A stretch of 64,000 nt of DNA from Octopus vulgaris (GCA_951406725.2 OX597814.1:189906001-189970000), one strand, 5' to 3'. Shown: positions 36,890-50,733, numbered from the stretch's first letter. The notes: a model not told the origin generated them from the letters alone. Program-made: numbers and translations.

Positions 36890-37919
36890 TGTATGTATGA
36901 ATCAACATAAATACATACATACATACACTTGCTTGAATGTATGTAAGACTCTAATTGGATTGTTCATATCTAAGCGTAGCTCATGGCCAAACACCTGCTG
37001 TCTCTCGGAGATGGTATCCCGTCAGCTACTTAGCTCGGGTCTGTTAATGACTTCTACAGTTTATTTCAATCATACTAACGTATTTGATATGGTAAAAGCA
37101 CCAAAGAGACTACGTATACCTGTTGAAGGATGCAGGTTTGGACAGGTAGTATTAATTAAAAATAAAAGATACTTATTCTTAAAATGAAATTGCTCACAAT
37201 ATACGTATCTCGAAAGTTTAGTACCTACAAATCTTTACAGCAGTTTGTCTTCTTCCTCTCTATCTCTTCTCTCTCTTTCTCTCTTCCTCCTCCTCCCTTC
37301 TCCCTCGTTTCACCACTAACATCTTCATTTTTTCCACGCACGCTTTTAGTATAACTCACGACAATTTTACGTTTAAATTATTTGACCGTCCTCGTGTTTG
37401 TCTCTAACAATGGTATCGTTACATTCTAATCATCAGCCCTTCTGTTTGCCGCCCACAGTCCCCACAAAAAACACATATTGCCTACAGCAGACCGAAATGT
37501 GCTGCCCCTTTAAAATTGCCGCCCAAGCAGGCCGCCCTTACCGCCCCCGCTAGCTACGCTAGTGATACCAATCGAGGCTTTTTGTTTTAACATTAGTTCA
37601 ACCCCTTATATATGTTGATTTATATGTGTATACCTGCGTCTCAGCACGCATGCATTTCTAGCTAGGAATATGTGCTTGTCAGTATGTTTGTACGTGTTTG
37701 CATTTTATATAACTGTTATATTGTTCAAAATGCGTTTCCTTATTTCTTCATTAATTACTTTGACTTAGGGTACCAACGAGATATTTGGCAGTGGATTGTC
37801 AATTGTTCTCAGGTATAGTCTGCCAGTACTTCAGTTTCTTCACGTTTTATATATACTACGATTCCAACTCTCTTGATATATCTATCAGAAGTCTTGCTTT
37901 GAAGTGACAGTTTTATATT

Positions 37920-38350
37920 TATTACATTTTGTAACAAAATGTTTGTCTTTGGTCAGTAAGTGTTATTTCCCGTTTGCTTCTATCTAGAAATCAAACGAAA
38001 TAACTACTATTGCCTTCAAACTATGCTTTTGTAACCTGGACATCACTGTTTTGAAACTGACCTATTTTCCATTACATTTCAGACAGATTTAACGCTGAAA
38101 TATCGTCATAGCAATTATTCTGCTCAATACCACAAATTTGCCAGTTAATTGCTTGACCTTAATCACTTGATCGGTTGACAATATGCGCACGTCTGATCAT
38201 GAGTAGCGGGGAAGCATCAGAAGCCATGTGTTGTGTGGGCTTCTTTGGAGAGTGAATAAATGTAACAAAAGCAAAATTTGAAGGAAATATTAGCTGTTTT
38301 TCATACTTTATAGGAGAAAGTAAATAGCAAATAACAGTTGCTTCTCATGA
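37920..38350 (+). repeat. Unclassified dispersed repeat; second copy at about 42030-42900 split by a SINE
   Basis: Colinear similarity TGTCTTTG.TCAGTAAGTGTTA, CCATTACATTTCAGACAGATT, AAAGCAAA.TTTGAAGGAAATA. Confidence 0.75.
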
Positions 38351-38394
38351 ACATAACTCGTGTTATAGTGGTATCATTATTACTATTTTCAGTA

Positions 38395-38610
38395 AGACGT
38401 CGAACTGGCCGAATCATTAGTATACTGGGAAAAATACTCAACGGCATTTCGTCTCTTTTTACGTTCTGAGTTCAAATTCCTCCGAGGCTGACTTTGCCTT
38501 TCATCTTTTCAGGGTCGATGATATAAGTACCAGTTGAGTACCGGGGTCGATGTAATCGATTATCCCTCTCTCCAAAATTTCAGGACTTTTGCCTTTAGTA
38601 AAAAGGATTA
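38395..38610 (+). mobile_element. SINE family A (alternative tail)
   Basis: GTTCTGAGTTCAAATTCC..GACTTTGCCTTTCATC..AAGTACCAG. Confidence 0.8.
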
Positions 38611-38704
38611 TTACTATTCTCATTAAATCGTATGTCACCCTCATCATCGCCATTTATTATTTTATCATTTTTATCATAAACCTCATCATCGCCATTTTTT
38701 TTTT

Positions 38705-39011
38705 TCGCCCTTTTCAAGCCTAGCCAGGCTCATGAGCCCGGTTTCTCGGTTTCTATGGCATATGTGTTCCCCCCACCCCCAGCTGGACGGGACGCCAGAC
38801 CATCGCAGCGTTACTCAAGGAACAGGAAGAAAGCTTGAGAGAAAGTTGGGGCGAAAGAGTACAACAGGGGTCGCCACCACCCGCTGCCGGAGCCTCTTTG
38901 AGCTTTAGGTGTTTTCGCTCAATAAACACGCACAACGCCTGGTCTGGGAATCGAAACCGCGATCCTCCCACCGCGAGTCCGCTGCCCTAATCACTGGGCC
39001 ATTGCGCCTCC
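38705..39011 (-). mobile_element. SINE family C variant with a different 3' tail
   Basis: Head and body match 29221-29607 up to CAACTTTCTCTCA. The tail then differs: GCTGCGATGGTCTGGCGTCCCGTCCAG...GAAACCGGG...GAAAAGGGCG followed by an A-run. Confidence 0.85.
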
Positions 39012-39784
39012 TTTTTTATCATTTGCTTGTTTTTATAAAGGATATTATTGTCAACTTGGCTAGCTTGTAGAATCATTAAATTCCAGGACTAAATGCTTCC
39101 CTGCATTTGTTGTGAGTCACATCCCCGCCAGTTTCAGCTTTGACTTTCATCATTGCATAGTCCAGAGAAAAATGTACTGATACAGAATGTATCAAATAAA
39201 CTGCTTCTCTCAGAAGTGGTGACCTTGTGTCTAATTCAGATAGAATTGTTGTTATTATTGTCATTATTTCGTTTTCTTTTTTGTTTTTGTCGGGAACTTA
39301 CAGCTGGTTGTAAAATAAAGCCAGGGGACATTTAACTTGTGATTTCTATAGTAGGTTGCTGGAGGACTTGATCAATGATGTTGTAAACAAAGCTATAAAT
39401 ATCACTGAAGATCATCAGAGAAAGCTTTCTTGAACATCTCTCGAATTCGGAATAATGAATAACTCTCAAAATAACTTGGCACTAATACTAGTTTCTGGTA
39501 TTGTCACTCTGAGAAAAACTCTAAAGGTACTGCTTTGCCTGAAACCAGACTCGTACAAGATATATAGAGGGCGAAGAAAGCGTTCTCCATGCGTCGTTCT
39601 ATCCCCGATTATTTCCGGCTTAGAGAATTATGTCGTACAGTCGTTGCCAACTGCAGGATGCGTCCCGTTCTTAGCTTAGTTCATTGGGGCGGTCAACCTT
39701 TCTACCATAATTTGGCAAACGAGAAGACAGTTTTTTTTATGTTTCTGATGAAACTAATTAATTTTAGGTAAATTGGGAATGGAT

Positions 39785-39932
39785 GTGTGGTAAGTAGCTT
39801 GCTTACCAGCCACATGGTTCCGGGTTCATTCCCACTGCATGGCACCTTGGGCAAGTGTCTTCAACTATAGCCTTTGGTCGACTAAAGCCTTGTGAGTGGA
39901 TTTGGTAGACGGAAACTGAAAGAAGCCCGTCG

Positions 39933-39971
<39 letters not shown>

Positions 39972-40196
39972 GTGCATATATGTTTGTGTGTGTATATATA
40001 TTTGTACCCCCAACAGTGCTTGACAAACGATGGTGGTGTGCTTATGTCCCTGTAACTTAGCGGTTCGGCAAAAGAGATCGTTAGAATAAGTATTAGGCTT
40101 CCAAAGAATAAGTCCTGGGGTCGATTTGCTCGACTAAAGGCGGTGCTTCAGCATGGCCGCAGTCAAATGACTGAAACAAGTAAAAGAGTAAAAGAG
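39785..40196 (+). mobile_element. SINE family B
   Basis: Family B head, body and tail. Confidence 0.9.
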
Positions 40197-40529
40197 CGTT
40201 TACTGTTAGTGAAAACTTCAGGAAAATTGTCAAATACCGCTTAAAGAGGAGAGGGGTAATAAGGAAGTGCTGCTCTCCCGGCAAATTTTCGAAAGGGTGA
40301 GAGAGAGAGAGAGAGTTGTGAACATGACCTAGTTAAATGGATCAATACAGAACATAAAGTTGCAGACCTCATACCAGAATCAGGGGGAGGAGTTTTCATT
40401 AAGTAGACCGGAACGTATATGATTCTTTAATCGGCACAAGGTGGCTCTCCGTCTCTTCGCTAATTTTATATCGCATCTTCTTCTATGTTTATATTTCATT
40501 TATTTTTTAGAGGGGAAGTGTTGTTAATC

Positions 40530-40720
40530 GTCAGTACACCGGGCGAAATGCTTAGCGGCATTTCGTTCGTCTTCACGCTCTGAGTTCAAATTCCGCCGAG
40601 ATCCACTCTGCCTTCCATCATTTGGGGGTCGATAAAATAAGTACCAGTTGAGCACTGGGGGTGTCGGTGTAATCGACTTAATCCTTTCCTTGAACTAAGT
40701 AGCCTTAAGCCAAATTTTGA
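40530..40720 (+). mobile_element. SINE family A (alternative tail into (ATT)n)
   Basis: CCGGGCGAAATGCTTAGCGG...GAGTTCAAATTCCGCCGAG. Confidence 0.8.
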
Positions 40721-40721
40721 A

Positions 40722-40867
40722 ATTATTATTATTATTATTATTATTATTATCATTATTATTATTATTATGATCATCATCATCATCATTATCATCACTATTA
40801 TTGTTGTCGTTGTTGCTATTATTATTTTTTTATCATTATTATTATTATGATTATCACTACTATTATG

Positions 40868-40921
<54 letters not shown>

Positions 40922-41301
40922 TATAAATACACCATAATCAAAATCTCAGTAATTCATATTTTGTAAAACGCATTATTTCATTATTTCAACAATGTACAAA
41001 GCTTTCTTTCAAAACACTGTCCCTACTTAATTTTTTTTCTTTTTTTTTTTCTGTTCTTCCTTTTTGATGAAATCGACATAATTGGTCTCGACAACTATTA
41101 GAAAAGATAAACAATACCATCAGCAACACCAACAAATGTGGTTGCAGTATAACAATAACACTGACATGCGTCATCGTTGTTGTCATAAGCAACGGCATTG
41201 TCGTCCTTGTCGTTCTCGTCATCGTCATAGCCATCGTCATCATCATCATTGTCATCGTAAGCGTCATCTTCACCATCATCATCATCATCGACATCGTCAT
41301 T

Positions 41302-41335
<34 letters not shown>

Positions 41336-41560
41336 CCGTAAGCGTCATCATCACCATCATCATCATCATCGTCGTCGTCATCATCATCATCATCATCGTA
41401 AGCGTCATCATCACCATCAACATCATCATCATCGTCGTCGTCGTCATCATCATTTTATTTGCACCAGCATCGAGACTCTTCTGATATATTCGTCATTGTT
41501 GTCATCACCATCAGCATCATCCTCCTCCTCCTCATCATCATCATCATCGTCGTCGTCATC
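40722..41560. repeat. (ATT)n and (CAT/CGT)n trinucleotide low-complexity tracts
   Basis: Directly visible. Source of the poly-Ile, poly-His and poly-Met pseudo-ORFs. Confidence 0.95.
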
Positions 41561-42225
41561 ATACACATCGTCAACGTTTGGTTATTGTTAGAACTGGAAC
41601 TAGAAGATTTTGTCTGTTTTATGTTGGCCCTAGCACCGCCGACACTGAAACATGGTTAACTGCATATAGAGCCCTATTTCATAGTGAGGCGCGAGGAGGA
41701 GATTAATCATACTCGTGATGCATGTCAGAGGGGCCCGTGTGATACATATGAAGAAGTAAGAACCATGTGAGAGTTCACTGATCAAAAGGAAGAGAGCAGA
41801 ACATGAAGAGTAACGGCGGACAGAAAAACAAACAATGAGCAAGAAGGAAAATCGTGGCTACTGAAACTTCCACTGCAGTCACAGCTCTTCCTAGAATGGA
41901 CAATTACAAATTGAATCGCTTTTCACCAGTAGCAAAGCCGACGAGGTAGGGTACCAAGATATTGAAGAGTACCCTTCTTCCACTAATGGTTGGTCGGAAA
42001 CCTTAACAGAAGTTCGGTTTCATTACAATGTGTAACATTTTATTTTTGTCTTTGATCAGTAAGTGTTACTTCTTATTTGCTTATATCTGGAAATGAAATG
42101 AAATGACTACTATTCCCTTCATACTTTGCTTTTGTGACATGGACATCAATATTTTGAAACCGACCGTTTTACCATTACATTTCAGACAGATTCAGTGCTG
42201 AGTTACTGAAGCAGAACTATCGCTA

Positions 42226-42630
42226 TACTCTTTTACTCTTTTATTTGTTTCAGTCATTTGAAGGTAGCCATGCTGGAGCACCGCCTTTAGTCGAGAAAGT
42301 GCCTCCAGGACTTATTCTTTGTAAGCCTAGTACTTATTCTATCGGTCTCTTTTGTCGGACCGCTAAGTGACGGGGACGTAAACACACTAGCATCGGTTGT
42401 CAAGCGATGTTGGGGGGGGGGACAAACACAGACGCACAAACATAAACACATACATATATATAGACATATATACGACGGGCTTCTTTCAGTTTCCGTCTAC
42501 CAAATCCACTCACAAGGCTTTGGTCGGCCCGAGTCTATAATAGAAGACACTTGCCCGAGGTGCCACGCAGTGGGACTGAACCCGGAACCATGTGGTTCGC
42601 AAGCAAGCTACTTACCACACAGCCACTTCT
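42226..42630 (-). mobile_element. SINE family B inserted into an unclassified repeat
   Basis: Family B sequence. Flanks rejoin to match about 38100-38130. Confidence 0.9.
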
Positions 42631-42939
42631 ACTCTATAGTAAATATTCTGCACAATACTACAGATTAACTTGTCAGTTGCTTGACTTTAACCACTTGTCC
42701 CTTGCTGACAATATGTGCATCTCTGATCATGAGGAGGAGAAGTGAAGGGGCATCATGCCCATATGTTGAGAAGGATTATTTACGATTTGAACAAATATAT
42801 AAATAAAGCAAAGTTTGAAGGAAATAGCCATATTTCATACTTTATAGGGTTAGTGAAATAGGAAATAACAGTTACTACACAAGGACAAAAATTGTTACAC
42901 AGTGTTATCACATAACAGTTCGGTTACGAATATAAGATA

Positions 42940-43510
42940 AGGCGGTGAGCTGGCAGAAACGTTAGCACGCCGGGCGAAATGCTTAGCAGTATTTCGTCTG
43001 CCACTACGTTCTGAGTTCAAATTCCGCCGAGGTAGACTTTGTCTTTCATCCTTTCGGGGTCGATTAAATAAGTACCAGTTACGCTCTGGGGTCGATATAA
43101 TCGACTTAATCCGTTTGTCTATACTTGTTTGTCCCCTCTGTGTAGGCCCTTGTGGGCAATAAAGAAATAGGTATTTCGTCTGCCGCTACGTTCTGAGTTC
43201 AAATTCCGCCGAGGTAGACTTTGCCTTTCATCCTTTCGGGGTCGATTAAATAAGTACCAGTTACGCACTGGGATCAATATAAACGACTTAATCCGTTTGT
43301 CTGTCCTTGTTTGTCCTCTCTGTTTGTTAGCCTCTTGTGGGTAGTAAAGAAATAGGTATTTCGTCTGCCGCTACGTTTTGAGCTCAAATTCCTCCGAGGT
43401 CGACTTTCCCTTTCATCCTTTCGGGGTCGATAAATTAAGTACCAGTTGCGCAAGACTGTCTTTGTTTGTCTCCTCTATGTTTAGCCCCTTGTGGACAATA
43501 AAGAAATAAG
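42940..43510 (+). mobile_element. SINE family A trimer (one head, three tandem bodies)
   Basis: GTATTTCGTCTGCC starts at about 42989, 43171 and 43356. Each unit ends TAAAGAAATA. Confidence 0.9.
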
Positions 43511-44145
43511 ATGGAACCTGGAAGTAATTGGAGAATAATACGGAGAGATAGAAGAAAGTACAAAGTGTCTGAACCCTAATTAACTATAACTACGGTGCTG
43601 GATGTGACTCATATAAAAGCACGGTTGCCCAAATTAGTAGCGAGAGCATGAGAACCTGAAAGAATTCAAGAGGAATTTACTATTTTATGATGAGGAGATA
43701 TGTGATGAATATTCCGGCTCACAAATAAAGAGCTGCTGAAAACCATACAAATAGTCAAAGAGCAAATAGTCTGTTAATTATACAGAAGATATGAATTCTT
43801 TTCGCGCCTCGGTAAAAACCGTAAATATACACGAGCAAGTTCGGTGGAGCGAATTTCTGATAATTATCGAAAGGTTATGAGCGTGATTGGTTTGCTCTGA
43901 TAATATGTAAGCGACTTCTTCTTACATCATTGTGTACGTATTTTTTGTGTACTAAATATTTTATCTGTTTTAATTTGTGTCATTAAATTTTGTCCCACCT
44001 TTCGTTTGTTATATGCCATAACGTCGATACAATTTTTGTAATCCTTTTGTTTAGCACTTTTAGCATTTCGTATATGCTTAGGTTGTTAGAGTATCAAATA
44101 AATTTATAATTATAGAATAGTATATGCGCAGGAGTGGCTGTGTGG

Positions 44146-44563
44146 TAACTAGCATGCTTCCCAACCATATGGTTCCGGGTTCATTCCCACTGCGTGGCAC
44201 CTTGGGCAGGTGTCTTCTACTATAGCCTTGGGCCGACCAAAACGTTGTGAGTGGATTTGGTAGACAGAAACTGAAAGAAGCCTGTCGAATATATGTATAA
44301 ATATTGTGTGTGTGTGTGTGCACGCGCGTGCGTGTGTGTTTGTGTATGTTTGTGTGTCTGTGTTGGTCCTCTCAGCATCGCTTGATAACCGATGCTGGTG
44401 TGTTTACGTCCCCGTAACTTAGCGGTTCAGCAAAACACACCGATAGAATAAGTACTAGGCTTACAAAGAATAAGTCCTGGGGTAGATTTGCTCGACTAAA
44501 GGCGGTACTCCAGCATGGCCTCAGTCAAATGACTGAAACAAGTAAAAGAGAGTAAAAGAGAGT
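44146..44563 (+). mobile_element. SINE family B, full length
   Basis: Family B head, body and tail. Confidence 0.9.
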
Positions 44564-44870
44564 ATGACTAAAGCAGTGGGTTTTATCAAATTCAATGAAA
44601 TCTCATTAAAAGGCCAAAACAATGTAAAGTACGTGAAGAATAGGACTGGAAATAGAACAATGGTTAATGTTTACCCTGTATTTCTTCAATATTTCAGTGC
44701 TAGGGCTCCTTCATGTCACGCAGAGAAAGAAAATATAGTACAGAACTGCACGTTTGCTTGGATGTGTGAGAAGGTAGAAAGGTTCACAGATTGGGATTGT
44801 TATAATAACTAGTCGGCCATGGGTGTTGCTTAATGAAAATTTAAGCTTATTAAGATTGCTTCTTCGATTT

Positions 44871-46729
44871 CTTGAATGTAATGTTGCTTATGTTGTGTCC
44901 AGAGGCTTTGATACTTACAGTAAATTCCCCCTCCTATGCCGCTGCTTCTTTTGGCCGCGAAGAGCAGATATGTTTTCAAATTGTTATTTGATGTTTTAGA
45001 TACAAGAAAGCGTGAAAAGTATTTTCTTGGTTTTATTTTCATGGCCAGAATTGTATTTGGACCACTTATAAATCCACCATGTACACGGATATTTCAACAA
45101 AAATGTTTCTGATTTTTTTAAATAGTTCCATAATAGTTCCATTTTCTCACAACCTAATTATGCCATACATGGCGTTCCGATACACGATCAACAAACCACG
45201 GAAATATATCAATACTCTCTCTTTTACTCTTTTACTTGTTTCAGTCATTTGACTGCGGCCATGCTGGAGCACCGCCTTTTAATCGAGCAACTCAACCCCG
45301 GGACTTATTCATTGTAAGCCTAGTACTTATTCTATCGATCTCTTTTGTCGAACCGCTAAGTGACGGGGACATAAACACACCAGCATCGGTTGTCAAGCAA
45401 TGCTAGGGGACAAACACAAACATACACGCACACACACACATATATATATATACATATATACGACGGGCTTCTTTCAGCTTCCATCTACCAAATCCACTCA
45501 TAAGGCTTTGGTCGGCCCGAGGCTATAGTAGAAGACACTTGCCCAAGGTGCCACGCAGTGGGACTGAACCCGGAACCATGTGGTTGGTAAGCAAGCTACT
45601 TACCACACAGCCACTCCTGCACCTATCAATGGTGCAAAAGCTAAAACAAATATTATTGAACTCAGATATCTGTCACTCAAGAACCTGAAATAAGGAATAG
45701 TGACATTGCAGACACAGAAAATAGGAAATTCTAGGCAAGCTTCCCAACAACAAAAGATATTTTCCTACATGCTCGTACTTTGTAAAATGAAATCGTTCCA
45801 ATGATCAACTTCAATCATGTGTTTTCTGGATAATAATCATTTCACAAAGAAGACAAATCATTGGAAACATTTTGTATCAAGAAAGGATATCTCTCTGTCA
45901 GAATATTTTGCACAGAAATGTGAGAGAAGAAAAATTACATACGTGTGCCTTTCAATGATCATGGACGCTCTCCTACAGTATTCCAAGATGCAACTAGAAA
46001 CAACCTTTAAAGGCATATACAACTAAAGCGTTTACTTTGAAGGTGTATTAAGGTGTATAAATACACATGAAGGTGTATTAAGCCACAAGCGTTGCCTTCA
46101 AAACTAAGAGCGGAATAAAAGTACAAGAATAAAAGTATCAAGAAAGGATATCTCTCTGTCAGAATATTTTGCACAGAAATGTGAGAGAAGAAAAATTACA
46201 TACGTGTGCCTTTCAAAGGTCATGGAAGCTATCCTTCAGTATTCCAAGATGCAACTAGAAACAGAATTACCTAGAATTCTTGCCTAGAATTTCCTATTTT
46301 CTGTGTCTGCAATGTCACTATTCCTTATTTCAGGTTCTTGAGTGACAGATATCTGAGTTCAATAATATTTGTTTTAGCTTTTACACTATTGATATATTTC
46401 CGTGGTTTGTTGATCGTGTATCGGAACGCCATGTATGGCATAATTAGGTTGTGAGAAAATGGAACTATTATGGAACTATTTAAAAAATCAGAAACATTTT
46501 TGTTGAAATATCCGTGTACATGGTGGATTTATAAGTGGTCCAAATACAATTCTGGCCATGAAAATAAAACCAAGAAAATACTTTTCACGCTTTCTTGTAT
46601 CTAAAACGTCAAATAACAATTTGAAAACATATCTGCTCTTCGCGGCCAAAAGAAGCAGCGGCAGAGGAGGGGGAATTTACTGTAAGTATCAAAGCCTCTG
46701 GACGCAACAGAAGCAACATTACATTCAAG
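44871..46729. repeat. Long inverted repeat (44871-45739 including a SINE, versus 46279-46729) with an internal direct repeat
   Basis: The same pseudo-ORF MKIKPRKYFSRF occurs on both strands. The spacer has a direct repeat of about 128 bp at 45874 and 46135. Confidence 0.9.
45214..45623 (-). mobile_element. SINE family B with 7-bp target-site duplication TATCAAT
   Basis: TATCAAT at 45207-45213 and 45624-45630. Empty site present in the opposite arm (about 46388-46394). Confidence 0.92.
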
Positions 46730-47444
46730 CCCATAAAATACAAGTACAAGCCCATAAAATATGGAGGCTGATATTCCTAAGGTGGAATCAAACTCAACTT
46801 TAAATGCATCGGAGAAAATCGGCTCGTATTCATTTCTGAGGATCAATCAGGATTCCCAGAATCTTCCTGACCCAGTCTCATGAAGAAATAGTTTTAAAAG
46901 GGATGGAAAGAGAGAGAGGGGGTGGAAGAAGCATAACAACAACACCAATAACAGAGGGATGCAGATGACCTTATACAACAGAACCAGCTAATTCATGAGT
47001 GAGAATGGCAGCCAGACGGAAGCTGGGAAGAATCGAGAGACCTTAGCAATAAACCCAAAATAGATACATTTCAAAAGGAAAACACATTGTAACTTGAAAA
47101 GTGCGTTGAGACATATATCTCTCGGGTAGTTGAAAGCCTCTCCAGTGGGAGAGAAGCCTGTCCCATTGAAGGGAATTTCATCCTTCGTGAAGAAACCCTC
47201 TGCTATGAGGACCCCATTCCATATGAAAAGGGGCCCGTCTCTTGCGAGGAAGAAACCATATTTATTGTTATGGGAAGACCATCTGCTGTAAGAGGGAACT
47301 TAATCATCCATTATAGAAATTGACTTCGCTTCCCTTTTTTTAGCGAAACCAAAAAAAAGCTTTTGAAATGGGCGAGAATCGTCCAGACAACATACCGATC
47401 ACGAAAAACATGGCATCAATGTAAAAAAAAAACATAGAAAAGAA

Positions 47445-47619
47445 CAGGAGTGGTTGTGTGGTAAGTAGCTTGTTTACCAACCATATGGTTCCAGGTTCAG
47501 TCCCACTGCGTGGCACCTTGGGCAAATGTATTCTACTATAGCCTCAGGCCGACCAAAGCCTTGTGAGTGGATTTGGTAAACGGAAACTGAAGGAAGCCCG
47601 TCGTATATATGTATGTATG

Positions 47620-47680
<61 letters not shown>

Positions 47681-47885
47681 GCAAGTGTGTGTATATGTTT
47701 GTGTGTCTGTGTTTGTCCCCCAACATCGCTTGATAACCGATGCTGGTGTGTTTACGTCCCCGTAACTTAGCGGTTCGGCGAAAAAGACCGATAGAAAAAA
47801 TACTGGGGTCGATTTGCTCGGCTAAAGGCGGTGCTCCATCATGGCCACAGTCAAATGACTGAAACAAGTAAAAGAGTAAAAGAGT
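47445..47885 (+). mobile_element. SINE family B
   Basis: Family B head, body and tail with a small internal deletion. Confidence 0.9.
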
Positions 47886-48387
47886 AATTAAGTCCTCAAA
47901 ACTTGTTTACCACACGCTACAGACGAACACCCTTTTTACGAAAGATTCTGGGTTCAGCAACCTCAAAGAGTACACGGAATAAACGGAGAGGTAACGTAGA
48001 GAAGATACATAATCAGGGTCGTCATATGTCCTGATCAAAGCCAGTTTACATATTAATTGTTATATGTCTAGTTTTAAGTATTATGTCTTTTACCGCAGCC
48101 TTTTTCATTTATTCTCTGCAATTATTTCTATGTTTTGCATAGATTTTAAAAGTCATTCGCATATCGTTTGCATAATGTTTTTTTTCTCTCCTCCCCTAGT
48201 TATTGTATAACTTCCTTGTCCTACCCAACACTTTGAACATTTTGTGTTTTTGGATGTATGAATGATGTATGTAATTGCCCTCAGAGACTATAAAAAAGCA
48301 TTATTATTATATTATTATTATTATCATTATTATTATTATCATTATTATTATTGCTATTATTATTATTATTATCATTATTATTTTTGC

Positions 48388-48418
<31 letters not shown>

Positions 48419-48510
48419 GCTATTATCATTATTATTATTATAGCTATTATTATTATTATTATTACCATTATTATTATTGCTATTATTATTATTATTATAG
48501 CTATTATTAA

Positions 48511-48541
<31 letters not shown>

Positions 48542-48855
48542 GTGATGCTTGAAAGAAGAAAAAGAAAACAGGTTGACATGTGGAGGATTATGACAAATGC
48601 TAGGGTTAGTGTTTATTTAAAATAATGGTGTGTTTTACAAAAACAAAAAGTGAAAAGAAACACTTAGTAAAAGTGAATACAATTGTTTCATTTGATATCT
48701 GAAAATAACAAGAATAACAATATACATATGTGAGCGTTAGCGTTTGTGCGTACGTCGAAACTGCATGTACTTATGTGTGTGCGTATATGTGTTTGAATAC
48801 ACGCCTATATATACATACATATACACACACGCACACACACACACAAGCATACACT

Positions 48856-48903
<48 letters not shown>

Positions 48904-49005
48904 AAAACACATTTATGTACAAACGTATATGTGTGCACACGAGATACACAAACACACATATGTATATGTATGTATATATATGTGTATATATATATATATG
49001 CATGC

Positions 49006-49052
<47 letters not shown>

Positions 49053-49115
49053 CATATATATCTGTGTGTATTTCCTTGTAGCTATATTAAATATCGTCAA
49101 ATGATATATATGTAC

Positions 49116-49170
<55 letters not shown>

Positions 49171-49590
49171 GAGTCTTTATGTGAGTGTGTATACGTAAGT
49201 AAATAAAGAAGGCGTTTCAAGTCGAAAAGGAAAAAAAGTAAAGCATGCATTATAAATAAATAAACTGTGACCTTTCGTCATTTGTTTGTTCTGAGCATTT
49301 TTTGCTCTTTTCCTCTTCCTTCTTTCTCAATGTACTTTCTGTTAATTAAATCCTTTATCTGTCCTCAGATAATACCATAATCCCCCCACACACACTATCC
49401 AGTTCTTACAGCCATTTCATATTTCTATCGGCACGCGTTCCTCATTGTCCCAAATCAAACCTGACGAGACTGCTGCAACAGCTCCTATTGTTGGATGTTC
49501 AATTTATGCGTATTGGGCATACGATGTTCACAGTACACAAAACACACACACTAAGATAGATACATATATAAGTATAAATTTATATATATA

Positions 49591-49860
49591 TGTAAATGTA
49601 ATATGTGAAAATTATTCGGTAGCCATGATAAAACTCCGGGTTTCGGATGTCGGGGTGGAAATCCATGCCGCCATCTCTTCAGTGATCCAGCCATCATAGC
49701 ATTTTTCCGATGGCGGCGTGGATTTGTACCCCGATATCCGAAACTCGGAGTTTTATCATGGCTACTGAATAATTGTCACATATTACATTTACAGATAAAT
49801 TCCTCTATTTACATAATATTGAGGTCTCTTTCATTCTTTTGTTGTCTTACCATTTTTATC
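49591..49860. mobile_element. Inverted pair (about 49591-49675 and 49709-49793) with a degenerate HHR on the minus strand (49626-49687)
   Basis: Minus strand: GATCA-CTGAAGA-GATG...CATC-C-GAAAC-CCGGAGT-T-TTATC. Stem I is imperfect. TA tracts on both sides. Confidence 0.6.
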
Positions 49861-50234
49861 AATATATATATAATTAATATAAACAGCTATATATATATAA
49901 AACATAAAGGATAAAATCATTAAAAGTAATGAATTTTATTAGTAGTCCACATGTAAAAAAAACCTTTTAAGTAAAATATATTTATAGAGATATATAGTTG
50001 TACAGGGTACAATTATACTTAAGGATACAAAAGGTATCATGCCTATATGCTGAAAGAAGTCGCCGAATACGTCCTACTACTTCAAATATTCACTCCACAT
50101 GATTTTTTAGTCAATCTGCTTACCCGCTTTCAACCTGTGTAAAATATATGTGGAGCGAATATTTGAAGCGGTAAGACTATTCGACGTCTTCTTTCAGCAT
50201 AAAGGTATGATAGCCTGTGTGCCTAATGTAATTA

Positions 50235-50297
<63 letters not shown>

Positions 50298-50491
50298 GGT
50301 TTCGAATTTTGGCACAATGCCTGCAAGTTTTTTAGTGGGAGACAAGTCGACCTCATGGACCTCAACGTTCAACTGGCGCTTATTTTATCGACCTCGAAAG
50401 TGATGAACATAGACTCCGGCAGCATTTGAACACAAATCATAAATTTGAAAGAAATGCTGCTAAGCAATTTTCCTGGTACGGTAATGACTCG

Positions 50492-50532
<41 letters not shown>

Positions 50533-50733
50533 TCATTGTATCAAGCAGACCACCAGATGCTGTTATGCTATACACCACTGATTACAGTGCGCTACTAACA
50601 GTCTTAACTGCGCTATTGTTTTCTATTTTGATCCACATTGCTTGAGTATATCGGCTTCCCATCTTCGTGGAGGTCTTCCAAGTGGCCTATGTATGTATGT
50701 ATGTATGTATGTATGTATGTATGTATGTATAAA

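Noticed and set aside
37500-37565. CGCCCCC..CTAGCTACGCTAGTG resembling a DNA-transposon terminal repeat
   Set aside because: No matching opposite end or TSD found nearby.
39290-39450. Short protein-like frame LLEDLINDVVNKAINITEDHQRKLS* after a TAG acceptor
   Set aside because: Short, no recognisable homology, and competing splice-like signals on both strands.
40986-41591. Poly-His / poly-Met ORFs suggesting a metal-binding protein
   Set aside because: Pure (CAT/CGT)n microsatellite, open on both strands, with no flanking exon evidence.
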